A stretch of DNA of 64,000 nt from an uncultured Planctomycetaceae bacterium. GTDB lineage: Bacteria > Planctomycetota > Planctomycetia > Planctomycetales > Planctomycetaceae. The position numbers and the translations under genes were made by a program. Below, in pieces: positions 44,021-54,989 of this stretch (the stretch's first letter is position 1; each line of letters opens with the position of its first letter). The notes below the pieces were generated by a model that had not been told where the DNA came from, did not search any database, and saw nothing but the letters and a program-made list of their open reading frames with translations. The stretch spans positions 192,001-256,000 of the forward strand of contig CAWFGE010000015.1 of the NCBI GenBank assembly GCA_963815195.1, written 5' to 3'.

Positions 44021-44172
44021 CAAGGCGAGCGTGGGGCGTCAGCCCGGGCGTCAGCCCCATGATTCTTCCAAATACCAAAGATTTTGGGTGCTCGATCAGA
44101 ATTGCTTCGAAATCGCAGACGCACTCAAGCGATCGCGAGTCATCATGGGGCTGACGCCCCGCGCTCGCCTTG
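44021..44172. repeat. REP doublet, family B variant, overlapping the apgM 3' end
   Basis: caaggcgagcgtggggcgtcagccc...atgat and atcatggggctgacgccccgcgctcgccttg. Confidence 0.75.
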
Positions 44173-45370
44173 GCGGAACAAGAGCGGCAGGAGTTCGTGG
44201 CCGGGGAGGCATTCTTTGGCGGTTTGGGCGGTGGGTTCGTTGTAGGTTGGGTTGGCGTCCGCGGTGATGCCCGTGCCTGCGAGGGCGAAGGGGACTTCGC
44301 CGTGGCTGTGGGTTTTGGTTCTTAAGAACGTGGGGTGGTCGGGCGAGATGAGGATCCGATACTCGCCTTGGCTTTTGAGGTATTCGTGCACCGGGCCGAC
44401 GATGTGGCGGTCGATGTTTTCGAGGGCCTGGACCTTGGCGTCGGCATCGCCTTCGTGCGAGGCTTCATCGGTCGCTTCGACATGGACGACGACGAAATCG
44501 GTGCTGTTCAACGTCTCGATCGCGGCCCGGCCCTTGGCGGCGTAATCGGTGTCTGTATAACCCGTCGCTCCGGGGACTTCGACGACTTGCCAACCGAGCA
44601 GGCGGCCGATGCCCCGCAGCAAATCGACGGCCGTGATCACCGCGGCCGTTTTGCCGAAGCGTTCGAGAAACGGCACCATCCCCGGCCGTTTGCCCAAGCC
44701 CCACAGCCAAATCCCGCTGGGCAGTTTCTGACCGGCGGCTCGGCGGGATTTTAGGGCCTCGGACTCGGCGAACAGGCTTTCGCTGCGGTCCATCAAATCC
44801 CTGAGCAAATCGGAACCCGGCCCTTGAGGCAAAGAGGGCTCCACGAGTTGGTCGGTAATATCGTGGGGCGGGACGGTGGCGGTGTGTTTGCTGAAGGGCA
44901 CCTCGGCATTGCGGGCGCGGTAGATCAGGAGGTTCCGGTAGCTGACGCCTTTGTAGAATTTCCACACCGGGCTGCCACATTGGTCGCGCTGCAGAATCTC
45001 GATGCACTCGGCCCCGACTTCGTTCGAGACCTGATGAGCCGTGAAACTTTCCATCCGGCCGGCGGTGATCGTCACCAGGTTGCAGCGGATCGCCCAGTCT
45101 TCCGGGCCCAGTTCGATGCCCTGGGCCGCGGCTTCCAAGGGTGCCCGGCCGGTGTGATAGATCAAGGGGTCATAGCCGAACAAGCTCATCGTGCCCACGT
45201 CGCTGCCGGCCGGCAGTTCGTCCGGAACCGTCGAGCGCCCGCCCGACCAGCCCCTGGCGGGCGACGGCGTCCATGTTCGGAATCCGGGCGGCTTCCAGGG
45301 GCGTTCGGCCCTCGAAACGGTGTTGCGGTTCGTCGGCACATCCGTCGGGGATGATGAGGGCGTATTTCAT
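44143..45370 (-). CDS. apgM: Cofactor-independent phosphoglycerate mutase (ApgM-type); frameshift ~45235
   Basis: MKYALIIPDGCAD...TPLEAA, PAGSDVG, HVEATDEASH, PDHPT...TH. Confidence 0.88.
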
Positions 45371-45518
45371 GGAACGATCGGCTGATTCGGGAGCGGGGTT
45401 TCAAAACGGCTTCTGCTCCAATGATAGTTTATGCACCCGCGCGCAGCAAAACACGCCCTGATGCGATGAAGGGTTTTCATCGCATCGGGGCGTGTTGCGA
45501 GCCAATCGCTCCCGGAAG

Positions 45519-45821
45519 TCAGAACACGTCCAAGATGAAGTGGTGGCCTTTGTACCAGGGTTTTTCCGTCGGGTAGAAGTTGTACCAATCCTTGTTATAC
45601 ACCGGAATGCGGCGCTCGGCCGGATAGCGGTAGTACAAGCTGTCGTACTCCTGCGGCGTTTGGAAGTTCTGGGGATAGTAAACGTATGGGTAGTAATAGA
45701 ACCGCTGCCAGTCGGTGGGTTGGCCCCGGCCGGCGGCCGACGCGGAATCGGGAACGAGGCCGATCGCTCCCAGAATCGCCGCCCCAGCGAGCAAAGCGGT
45801 CCGCCATGCTCCGTTTGTCAT
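45519..45821 (-). CDS. Small secreted Tyr-rich protein
   Basis: GGAG RBS; signal peptide; 14 Tyr in the last ~60 aa; ends GHHFILDVF. Confidence 0.75.
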   Translation of the reverse strand: MTNGAWRTALLAGAAILGAIGLVPDSASAAGRGQPTDWQRFYYYPYVYYPQNFQTPQEYDSLYYRYPAERRIPVYNKDWYNFYPTEKPWYKGHHFILDVF

Positions 45822-46201
45822 CCAATGTCTCCTTGTTCGCTTGCCCCCCGACCGGGAAAAGGTGTTCGCGGGGTCCCGGTCCTGAAACCGGCGCTCGGCG
45901 ACGGGTCGCCGATTCCGCCGGTTGAAAAAAATCCGTCAAGACGTCAATCCCTGACATCTTGGACGGACGCGGCCTTTGGAGTTTTTCTCGCGGTCCTCGT
46001 GACTGCGAGGAAAAACCGGCCATCTTAACAGCAGTATCATCGGCACCGGGCGGAGCGGGACAACACAAAACTTTGCTACGATCCTGCGCAATCGGTTCGA
46101 TTGATTTCGCTCGCGCGCTGGGGATTACCTCGAAAGCGAGCCTTGACACGTTTCGTCGGCAAGAGGTGCTGACGGCCAGACGCCGCGGGTGCAGGCGGGC
46201 C

Positions 46202-46903
46202 CTAGGGGTTCCCGACGTCGAACTCCATGACGAAGCCGTCTTCGGAGGGAGTCCACTGGATGAAGGTGCGGGGATCGGCACTCGTGTACCGGTGGATTTG
46301 CACGGGGCCGTAGGGCACGAGGATCGTGTTTTTGCCTTCCTTCAAGGTGTGCCACACGCCGTTGACGTTCATTTTCACGGGATGGCTTTCGTAGTTGTAA
46401 AACTCGACGGCCGATTTCACAAACGCGGGCTTTTTCGCGGTGACCTGTTTGCCGGCCCCTGCGGGTTCCGTCAAGTCCCGCATCTGTTCCAGCAGCCGGG
46501 CGTTGTCGCCTTCCAGTCGCTTGACCCGCTGGGTTAAGGCTTCGTTGTCGCCTTCGAGCGTTTTCACGCGAAGCGAAAGGGCGGCGTTGTCGCCTTCGAC
46601 GATCGCGAGCTTCCCGCGGAGTTGCTCGACTTCCTTTTGGGCCTCGCCGAGCTTTTGAATCGTGCCGCGAAGGGCCTGGATGTCTTTTTCCAGGTTTGAC
46701 TGTCCGGCCTCTTGAACCGTCTCCTTCGCCGGGGCCGAGTTTTCTCCGGGACCGGTCTTGTTGGCCGCGTTCGTCACGGCGGGGCCTTCTTTGACGAGGC
46801 CCTTGTCCGCAGGAGCCGGCTCTTGGGCCGCGGCTTGGAATCCAACGAGCGAAATCCCCAACAGGGCGGCGAAAAACTTGAGATTCAGATTCTGGTTTGG
46901 CAT
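46202..46903 (-). CDS. Secreted coiled-coil protein with small C-terminal beta domain
   Basis: Signal peptide; three 14-aa xEGDNxxL repeats. Confidence 0.75.
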   Translation of the reverse strand: MPNQNLNLKFFAALLGISLVGFQAAAQEPAPADKGLVKEGPAVTNAANKTGPGENSAPAKETVQEAGQSNLEKDIQALRGTIQKLGEAQKEVEQLRGKLAIVEGDNAALSLRVKTLEGDNEALTQRVKRLEGDNARLLEQMRDLTEPAGAGKQVTAKKPAFVKSAVEFYNYESHPVKMNVNGVWHTLKEGKNTILVPYGPVQIHRYTSADPRTFIQWTPSEDGFVMEFDVGNP

Positions 46904-47175
46904 TGTGTTCCCTTCCATCGCATGACATGACCCGAAAACATTTCGGAACCATCACGGTTAATACTCTGGTCGCCCGGCCCGGGAATGTCAACGACACTTG
47001 CAACAATCCCGCCGGATTTGCGGATTCTGGAGGCCGGATTGGAACGAATGATCGCATCAGCGAAGATGGAAGGGCCGTTCGAGCGGGCCGAGAACTTTTG
47101 AGGGCTCCGCTTCACGGCACGGTTTGGGGCACGTAGAATGGGAAAATGGATTTCCCCCTGTGTTGAGATGGAATC

Positions 47176-49108
47176 ATGCCGCGAATCAAGCCGTTGGATC
47201 CGCTGGTGATCAACAAAATCGCCGCGGGCGAAGTCATCGAGCGGCCCGCCAGCGTGGTCAAGGAGCTTCTGGAAAACAGCATCGACGCCCTCGCGACCCG
47301 CATCGACGTGGAGATCGTCCAGGGCGGGAGCGAGTTGATCCGCATCGTGGACGATGGAGAGGGCCTGCATCCGGAGGATTTTTCACTCGCCGTCTCCAGC
47401 CACGCCACCAGCAAGATCCTCTCCGCCGAGGATTTGTTCCACGTGCAGACGATGGGCTTTCGCGGCGAGGCGTTGGCGTCGATCGCTTCGGTGTCTCAAT
47501 TGACCCTCCGCAGCCGGCAGCCGGAGGCCGACATCGGCTACGAGTTGGAAGTCCAAGGCGGCCGGTCGGGAACGCTCCGGGAATGCGGCGGCCCGGTGGG
47601 GACGGCGGTCGAAGTCCGCAACCTGTTCCACAACACCCCCGTCCGCCGGAAGTTCTTGAAAACCACCGCGACCGAGTTCGGGCACATCAGCGAACAGTTC
47701 GCCCGCGTGGCCATCGCCCATCCCCGTTTGCACGCGGTGCTCCGGCACAACGGCAAGCCGATTTACGAACTGCCCGCCACGAATCGGCTGATCGAGAGGC
47801 TGGAGCTGTTCCACGGCTCCAAGCTGGCCGAGCATCTGATCTGGATCGAGTCCGAGACCGACCACATTCGGCTGTGGGGTTACGTGGGGCATCCCAGCCA
47901 GAGCAAATCCAGCCGCAAGAGCCAATTTCTGTTCCTAAACGGCCGGTATATCCAGGACCGGGCACTCCAGCACGCCCTCTCCGAAGCCTACCGTGGCCTG
48001 TTGATGGTGGGCCGGCAGCCGATCGCGTTTTTGTTCCTGGAAGTCCCGCCGGAGATCGTGGATGTCAACGTGCATCCCACGAAAACCGAGGTCCGCTTCC
48101 GGGATGGGCAGCAGCTCTATCGGCAGATGCTTTCCACGCTGCGAACGAAGTTCCTGGGGATGGACCTGGATACGACGTTCGAGCTTCAAGGGAGGCCCGG
48201 CCGCTCTTCCGGTTCCGGGACCGAAACCCAATCTTCGGGAAGCAGGCAGCAGCAGCTCAGCCTGGAAACCGAGTTCGCCGAGTGGGCCAAGGAGAAAATC
48301 GAAAACTGGCAGCCCGTCACGCCGGAATCGGAATCTGCGGAACCGTCGATGGCTTCGCCTTCGGACACGGAACCGCCGGAAAGCGAAACGGAATCGCGGC
48401 AGGATTCAGGTTTCGTTCCGTCGGCGGAATCGTCGCCCCGCGAGTTTTCGGATCAGCAACGACCGGCAACCGAGTCCCGTCAAGTCTCTTTCCCTCCGGC
48501 AACCGCGAAGGATTCCGCCGACCCCACGCCCCGCCGGGCCCGGGTGATGCAGGTACTCGACTGCTACCTGGTGATGGAGACCGAAAAAGGCCTGGTCGTG
48601 GTCGATCAGCACGCCCTGCACGAACGGGTGCTCTTCGAGCAGTTTCGGGGGCGCGTGCTCGCCGGCAAGGTGGAATCGCAAAGGCTCTTGGTGCCGGTGC
48701 CCATTGAAATGAGCCTCAAAGAGACGGCCCTCTTGCTCTCGCACCGCGAACTCCTGGCGGAACTGGGCTTCGGGGTCGAGGAATTTGGCAGCGGGACGAT
48801 TCTGTTGACCGCGTACCCGGCCCTCTTGGCCAAAGCCGACCATGCGAGGTTGATCCGCGATGTGGTCGATCAATTGGATCAGCCGGGCCGGGCTCCGAAC
48901 CGCCGGGATTCTGACGGAACAGCTGTTGAGCATGATGGCCTGCAAAGCCGCGATTAAAGCCGGCCAGCGATTGAAAATCGAGGAGATGGAAAGCCTGTTG
49001 GCCCACAGGCATTTGACGGAGGATTCCCACCACTGCCCCCACGGCCGGCCTACGGAATTGGTGCTCAGCCGGGAAACCCTCGACCGCCAATTCGGCCGGC
49101 TGGGTTAA
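47176..49108 (+). CDS. mutL: DNA mismatch repair endonuclease MutL; frameshift ~48913
   Basis: [48 protein letters not shown] and CPHGRP in ORF 48860-49108. Confidence 0.95.
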
Positions 49109-49111
49109 GGG

Positions 49112-49180
49112 GAAAATCCGAAGCACGAAATCCGAAACCCGAAACAAATCCAAAATCCGAATGCCGAAACCCGGATCGAA
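49112..49180. repeat. Heptamer (CCGAAAT)n repeat element
   Basis: aaatccgaagcacgaaatccgaaacccgaaacaaatccaaaatccgaa; reverse complement of the 41868 element. Confidence 0.75.
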
Positions 49181-49237
49181 TGAAGATTTGTGTTTCCTTT
49201 CTCGAACCGCGGATTCCCGCGGAAAGCGGAACGCTCC

Positions 49238-51328
49238 ATGAGACAACAGGCGGCGGGATTCGCGCTGGTGGCGTTGCAGGCGACCTTTTTGGCCCTCTTG
49301 TCGCGGACGATCTATTTTCCGGTGCTCGTGGTGCTCGTGGCGGGATGGGGGTCCGTCACCCGCTGGCGGATTCCGCTCAGCCGGGAGCAGGCGTTTTTGC
49401 TCTCGACCGGAGCGGCGTTCTTCTTTCTGCTCAAACATCGCTTTGCCCCGCACGAGTTTCCCTTCGGCTCGCTGTTCATCCGCACGCAGATCGCGTATAT
49501 CATCGCCCAGTATTTGCTGACGATCGAAGCCGCCCAGTTTTTGACCCGCCGAAACGGGGATTCGCTGTCCCCGGTGCTCCCGGCCTTGGGTGCGGTGGCC
49601 CTCGTGTGCATTGCCGACGTGCAAATCACCACCGAGGAGCAGCGGCGGCTCACGCGGCTGTTTGCGGTCGCCTACGCCGTATTGTGGGCGGTCTATTTGT
49701 GGAACTGCCAGAAGTCCCTGCCCACGCCCGCCGAGGGGAACCAACTTGCCCGCCGGCAATCCGCGCGGAGAAGGCGGCTGTTCGCCGGGGCGGGGATTCT
49801 GACCGCGGTCGCGGTCGGGGCGTGGTTTTCCTCGCTGGGGTTTTACCGGTTTGACAAAACGATCGAGAATTGGGTGCTCGGGTGGATGCAGGACTCCCTG
49901 CCCTCCTCGCAACCCGGTTTCAGCCGCTCGTCGCAGTTGGGGTCGATTCGGGATCAAAAGACCGAAGCCGAGAACCAGGTGGCCTTGCGGGTCTATGCGG
50001 AGGAAATGCCGGGCTACCTCCGCGGGGCCGTGTTGACCTCGTTCGAGTCCAGCCAATGGGCGACCACGTCGGTCATGCGGGGGATTCCGCTGATCACGGC
50101 CCCCGAGCCGCCCGCAGGGATGCAGCCCCTGGCGCGGAACGAAATGATTTATATGCACCCCGCGATGCGGGTGCACGCCTCGACGAAGTGGCGGTATCTG
50201 GAATGCTGGCCCGCCCGAGACCACTTGAACGCCTTCACGCCGCTGGGCACGACGCATCTGAAGACGGCGGCGGACCGCGTGGGGGCTTTGCCCTTCGGCG
50301 TGTTTTTGCTCTACGAGCCGGAGGACAGCGTGCCCTACACGGCGTGCGTTCCCGAAACGCCGCCGGCTTATTTCTTGAATCCTCGGATCCGCTTGCTGTG
50401 GCTGGAAGTTCCCCACTTGTATCACGAGCCTTTGGCCGAGATCGCCAAAAGGGTGTTCGCAGACGCCAAGACGACCCGCGACAAAATCCGCGCGGTCGAG
50501 CGGTATTTTCACGAGAATTACCGCTATCATCTGGGCATCCGCGTGCCGAGCGGGCGGGATCCGCTGTTGTTTTTTTTGCAGGAGAAGCCCGCCGCGCACT
50601 GCGAGTATTTTGCGACCGCGGCGGCGATGCTGCTCCGCTCCGGCGGGGTGCCCACGCGGTATGTGACGGGTTTCGTCGCCGCCGAGTGGAACCCCTCGGG
50701 CCGGTATTGGATCGCCCGCAACCGCGACGCCCACGCCTGGGTGGAGGCTTACGACGAAACCCTCGGTTGGATCACCGTGGAAGCCACACCCGCGGGGGGC
50801 GTGCCTTCGACCGCGCCCCCGGAAACGAAATATGCCTGGTGGGAGACGCTCAAAAACGATTGGCGGCGGCTGCGAACGTATCTGGGCCAGGGGCGTTGGG
50901 ATCGGGTGGGGGCCGTGCTCCGCTCCACTGGGGTGAGCTGGACCTTGGGGTTGGTCCTCGCCGGTTTTGCGGTCTATCTGGCGGTTCGCTTCCGAGGCCG
51001 GTCCCGCCGAGCGCGGCCCGAACGGGCGGGGGATCCCGATCTTGCGGAAATGCACAAACTCTTATTGGGGATGGATCAGCAACTCCGCCGGCACGGACTC
51101 ATCCGCGGCCCCAGCGAAACGCTGCATCAATTCGCCCGCCGGGTGCGGGATTGGGAGGGGCAAATCCGCGGCGGAAGCGCGCGGGCGGCCCCGCCGCCGT
51201 TCGCGGAACGGGCGGGGGAATGGTACGACGCCTACGCCGACTTCCGTTACCAAGGCCGCTGGGACTGCCAGACCCGCGCGGTGCTCGAAGCCCGGCTGCC
51301 AAGGCTTGATGGCGAGGACGCCTCCTGA
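49238..51328 (+). CDS. Membrane transglutaminase-like protein (TgpA/DUF3488-type)
   Basis: N-terminal TM bundle; HCEYFA, RYVTGF, AHAWVEAY, EATP; C-terminal PSETLHQFA. Confidence 0.88.
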   Translation: MRQQAAGFALVALQATFLALLSRTIYFPVLVVLVAGWGSVTRWRIPLSREQAFLLSTGAAFFFLLKHRFAPHEFPFGSLFIRTQIAYIIAQYLLTIEAAQFLTRRNGDSLSPVLPALGAVALVCIADVQITTEEQRRLTRLFAVAYAVLWAVYLWNCQKSLPTPAEGNQLARRQSARRRRLFAGAGILTAVAVGAWFSSLGFYRFDKTIENWVLGWMQDSLPSSQPGFSRSSQLGSIRDQKTEAENQVALRVYAEEMPGYLRGAVLTSFESSQWATTSVMRGIPLITAPEPPAGMQPLARNEMIYMHPAMRVHASTKWRYLECWPARDHLNAFTPLGTTHLKTAADRVGALPFGVFLLYEPEDSVPYTACVPETPPAYFLNPRIRLLWLEVPHLYHEPLAEIAKRVFADAKTTRDKIRAVERYFHENYRYHLGIRVPSGRDPLLFFLQEKPAAHCEYFATAAAMLLRSGGVPTRYVTGFVAAEWNPSGRYWIARNRDAHAWVEAYDETLGWITVEATPAGGVPSTAPPETKYAWWETLKNDWRRLRTYLGQGRWDRVGAVLRSTGVSWTLGLVLAGFAVYLAVRFRGRSRRARPERAGDPDLAEMHKLLLGMDQQLRRHGLIRGPSETLHQFARRVRDWEGQIRGGSARAAPPPFAERAGEWYDAYADFRYQGRWDCQTRAVLEARLPRLDGEDAS

Positions 51329-51332
51329 CCGC

Positions 51333-53375
51333 TCAGCGGCTGCCTTTGTCCACCAGGCTGGTTTGGACCGTGGTTTCCCGCTCGATCGAGGCGATCGCCG
51401 AGGCCACCGCCGCGCGGACCGATTGGTTTTGCAGTTCCCGCGCGGGATCGCCGATCAGGTTCCAGTCGATCTCCTCGTCGATTTCAAACCGGTTGGGGAG
51501 TTGATTGCAGCGTTCGACCAAAGCCCGGGAAAGAGCTGGCAGGGCAACGGCGGCCTGGGAACCTAAGCGGGCCAAGGTTTTCGCGGCGAGCGTGCGGACG
51601 AACGGGCTGCCATCGTCCAGGAGCGAGATCATTTGCCAGGCGACGTCCTCGGCATGGCCGGTGTCGTCTCGCTCGGCCAGAAGCCGGCAGGCTCCCAGGC
51701 GGAGGTTGATGTTTTCCGACTTGAGGGCCGCGACATACGCGGCATGGACGGTGTCGCGGTCGATGGGCAGCGAAGCGATGGCTTTGAGGCCGGCGAGCCG
51801 CACGTGGGGCCAACCGCCCGAGGTCGCGTCCGCCACGAGGAGCTGCTCCACGTCCTTGTTTCCCGCGCCCACTTTTCCAAGGGTGGCAATCACGGCGGAC
51901 CGCAATCGCGATTGGCGGGACTGCGGGTGGCCGTGCAGCCGAATCAGCACGTCCAACACCGAGCGATCCGCGTAACCGATGTTCCCGAGGGCCTGGACCG
52001 GCACAATCAGCATCGGATCGCGGGGCGAGGTCCGCTCGATCAGGTTCAACAGGGCGGGAACGGCATCTTGGGCGGCCGGTCCCATCTGGCCCAGGGTCTC
52101 GGCCAGTTCAAACTGCACCACGGGCGGCACGGGCGACGCGGAGGATTCGTGGGCCAACACGCGAATCAATGTCAGCCGTTCCGACATGGCGAACCGAGGC
52201 AGGCCGGACAACGCCCCGGCCGCGGCGATTTGTACGCCGGGCTCGTCCGATTGCAGGCGAGGCAACAGCACGTCGCGGACGACGGCTTCGGCCGTTTGCG
52301 GAGCGGCTTCCCCCAACATCCGGGCCGCCGCTTTCGCGACGCGGGGATGAGAGTCCGACACCATCCGCACCAGAATCCCGACAACCCGCTCGCGATCGTC
52401 CGCGACGCGGACCAAGGCTTCGACCGCCGCCGCCCGCACCGCGGGATCCTCGGCGTTCGTCCACGGCTCCACGGCCCCAAAGGTCTCGGAAGACGGCGGG
52501 AACCGCATCAAGCCTTGCAACACCAGCGGCCGCAGCCGGGGGCGGGTCTCCAAGAGCCCCAACAGCGCCGGCAAGTCGCCGGGGTTGGCCGCGACGCGGT
52601 TTGAATACTGGCTCAACGCGATTTCCAAAATGCCGGCTTGAGCATCCCTCAAGGCCGCCGAAATCTCGGCATCCCGCAGCACCCGCATACTGGAAATGAG
52701 TTCGTAAGCGAGTTGCCGAACCGCGGCGTGAGGGCTTTCGAGACAGTGGCTGATCGCCTGCCGGGCTTCCTCGCCCCGCGATTCGTCATTGGCGAATTGA
52801 GCGAGCAGCCGCAGGCAGCGCTCCTGGGATTGAGGCTCCGCTTCCGGCAGGACCTGGGCAATGTGAGGCACCGCGACCGGCCCCAACCGTTCGAGTCCTC
52901 GTTCCGCGGCATCGAAGATGTCGCCTTCCCGCGACAGCAGCCGCGACGCAAACAGCGGAGCGAGTTTTTCCGGCTGATCGGTCAATTCCGCCACGAGCGC
53001 CAACGCGTTGGCCTGCACCGAAGGCGTCTCGTCCTCGCACAGCGGAAGCAAGTCCGGGAGAGCCTGGCGCGCGGTTTGGCGGGGCATGTAAATGAAGGCC
53101 AACAGGGCATATTCCCGAACGCGGGTGTTGGGGGACCGGAGCGCTTCCCGCAACCGGGGAATCGCCTCTTCCCCTTTCTGGGCCCATTTTTCCGCCGACT
53201 GCGCCCGGTCGATCACATTCGCGTCCGTTTGAAAGAGAGCCTCCAGGATCCGCTCTTCTTCCATTGTCGAAAACAAAAACCACGCGGCGATCCCAAATGC
53301 CGCCACCCCGACACAGGAGATCAAGCGAGGCACAGGCAAGCGCAGACCGGAAGCGTGGAAACTGGGCGCAGTCAT
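51333..53375 (-). CDS. HEAT-repeat protein with N-terminal TM anchor
   Basis: Repeated VR..A..AL..LG..A..AVP.L units. Confidence 0.88.
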   Translation of the reverse strand: MTAPSFHASGLRLPVPRLISCVGVAAFGIAAWFLFSTMEEERILEALFQTDANVIDRAQSAEKWAQKGEEAIPRLREALRSPNTRVREYALLAFIYMPRQTARQALPDLLPLCEDETPSVQANALALVAELTDQPEKLAPLFASRLLSREGDIFDAAERGLERLGPVAVPHIAQVLPEAEPQSQERCLRLLAQFANDESRGEEARQAISHCLESPHAAVRQLAYELISSMRVLRDAEISAALRDAQAGILEIALSQYSNRVAANPGDLPALLGLLETRPRLRPLVLQGLMRFPPSSETFGAVEPWTNAEDPAVRAAAVEALVRVADDRERVVGILVRMVSDSHPRVAKAAARMLGEAAPQTAEAVVRDVLLPRLQSDEPGVQIAAAGALSGLPRFAMSERLTLIRVLAHESSASPVPPVVQFELAETLGQMGPAAQDAVPALLNLIERTSPRDPMLIVPVQALGNIGYADRSVLDVLIRLHGHPQSRQSRLRSAVIATLGKVGAGNKDVEQLLVADATSGGWPHVRLAGLKAIASLPIDRDTVHAAYVAALKSENINLRLGACRLLAERDDTGHAEDVAWQMISLLDDGSPFVRTLAAKTLARLGSQAAVALPALSRALVERCNQLPNRFEIDEEIDWNLIGDPARELQNQSVRAAVASAIASIERETTVQTSLVDKGSR

Positions 53376-53582
53376 TGGGGGGCAACCTTTGGCCGAAGAG
53401 CGTTGAGGAGGGCGTGTGAGGCGGGATTGTTACGGCAGGAGGATTTTCATCCACTCTCAACACTACCCACTCATAAAACCCATGCCAAGGCAGAATGTTT
53501 CGCGAGTTGCGAAAAAAAACAGGTTCTTCCGGCTAATGAGGGCGGGCAACGACGACGGTGTTAAAGAATATCTGCCTCCTCG

Positions 53583-53778
53583 CCAGAATCTGTGGGTGAA
53601 ATTGCGACCAAAATGGCTGATTCATCCTGGAAAACAAGGGGTTTCTCGTGTTTTGTAAGAGGCTGTTTTTTGAGGGCCGGGTCTCGTTCCATGAATTTCC
53701 ACCAATCATGAGGTGGTAAGCCCCCGTTTGCTGAGCCTGAGCGAAGGCCAGTGACGCCAATTTACCCACAGATTCTGG
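53583..53778. mobile_element. MITE / internally deleted IS (196 bp)
   Basis: Terminal IRs ccagaatctgtgggtgaaattg / caatttacccacagattctgg (one indel); no transposase; no clear TSD. Confidence 0.6.
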
Positions 53779-53800
53779 TGAAGATCCGAATATCTTGTGT

Positions 53801-53850
53801 GTTCACCCCCCCCAAAGGAGGTCGGACGCGGCAGCGGCCGGGTGGGGGAA
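53801..53850. repeat. REP-like GC-rich hairpin element
   Basis: ttcacccccccc aaaggaggtcggacgcggcagcggccgggtggggg; single copy in the window. Confidence 0.35.
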
Positions 53851-54109
53851 GCGTCTGATGCGCGTGAGCGTTACAGAGTCGGGCGTCTTGGATTTTGGCT
53901 TGGGACAGCGAGAATTCCGATGGCGAGATACATTACGCGCCGGGAGGTTCCTGGTGGGCGCGGGCTCGGCGGGGGTGGGCGCGGCGGGAGCGTTTGCAGG
54001 TGGCTTTCTCCTGGGCTTCGCCCACGCGGATCTCAAGACGCGATTCAGGATGAAGAAAACGGGCAGGTGGGTGGGAACTTCCCACCCGCCCTTTCAGGAA
54101 AAAACAGGA

Positions 54110-54195
54110 TTATTTATCAATGGCCTTCACTTTGGTGTCCCAATCGGCAGGTGGGTTCGCCGGTTCAGATCGCTCATCTATGTTGGCCGTGGGGA
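54110..54195 (-). pseudogene. C-terminal remnant paralogous to the metzincin-like ORF at 61077-61301
   Basis: Manual translation ...PTANIDERSEPANPPADWDTKVKAIDK* vs ...PTLPGDQRAEPKFPPADWDTKIKAIDK*; followed by the same hairpin (54066-54090). Confidence 0.75.
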
Positions 54196-54294
54196 CAGAT
54201 CGTGGTTTCGGGTTACAGCCCACAGTGTGGCGGCAATTCCTGTGCGGGGGCGATTCTGCCAACTTTACGGTTTAATTCTAACGTGATGTTGACA

Positions 54295-54413
54295 CGCCGG
54301 GTGCCACTGGCAGCTTGCTGCCAGTGTTTTCCTCAGATCACATTCCAGTTTGATGGGAGCGTTCGTCAGCCTACTCCGTAAAAGCACTGGCAACAAGTTG
54401 CCAGTGGCACCCG
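54295..54413. repeat. REP doublet, family C
   Basis: cgggtgccactggcagcttgctgccagtg ... cactggcaacaagttgccagtggcacccg; 54295-54336 is identical to 56536-56577. Confidence 0.8.
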
Positions 54414-54989
54414 AAAGATTTCTTATTGAGAGGACAACGAATTAAACTAACATTGCCACCCCGCCGCAGAAACAGCCCCCTCATCGAATTCCTGGAAACT
54501 ACATAATTTCGACGAATCTCACCTTGAAAAAACCTCAGATGTCTACTTACTTGCCTATTGTTTCTTTTTACGAACGGTTTGGATGTTGCTCAGTATTTTG
54601 GCGACAAGAGGGTCGGAAAACCCATCCACTTCAAGGAGCCCTGAACCCTTTGGCATAAACGAAATGCCAGACGCAGGCACGAAGTAACGTCCCTCGTGTT
54701 TCCTGATCACAATCACAGCCTTCTTTCCTTCGGTTGGGGCTTGGGCAACAACACTTACAAATGGATTAACCCAAACTCCCAACTCGAGTTCCGGATGAAG
54801 TGAGGTGGACCCCATTCTTTGGACAGCAAACGGGGTTGTTTAGTGGTGTGAGTCAGCGGCAGACGAGGCCCCTCATAGGCCTCGTCGTCTGCCGCCGATG
54901 ACAAGGGGCCCGGGACGAGACCTCACCAGTTCCCTCCCGGTTTTGCGCGAAACTTGTTTTCATTTTTCGTCCATCACTTTGTGCAGGCT

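Noticed and set aside
45830..46200. Possible ncRNA or tRNA in the long intergenic region
   Set aside because: No cloverleaf or recognisable riboswitch consensus by eye; an Rfam scan would be needed.
48860..49108. mutL frameshift removing the ACK/CPHGRP motifs, i.e. a mutator explaining the indels
   Set aside because: Indistinguishable from the other indel errors; broken hisS would be lethal; needs short-read polishing.
48716..51055. Long antisense or alternate-frame ORFs (e.g. 779 aa here, also 26356-27786 and 10915-12246)
   Set aside because: Shadow ORFs of high-GC coding genes with no recognisable motifs.
53795..54381. ORFs 53795-54286, 53797-54381 and 53803-54036
   Set aside because: They run through repeats and the antisense of the protease remnant; low-complexity translations with no RBS or motif support.
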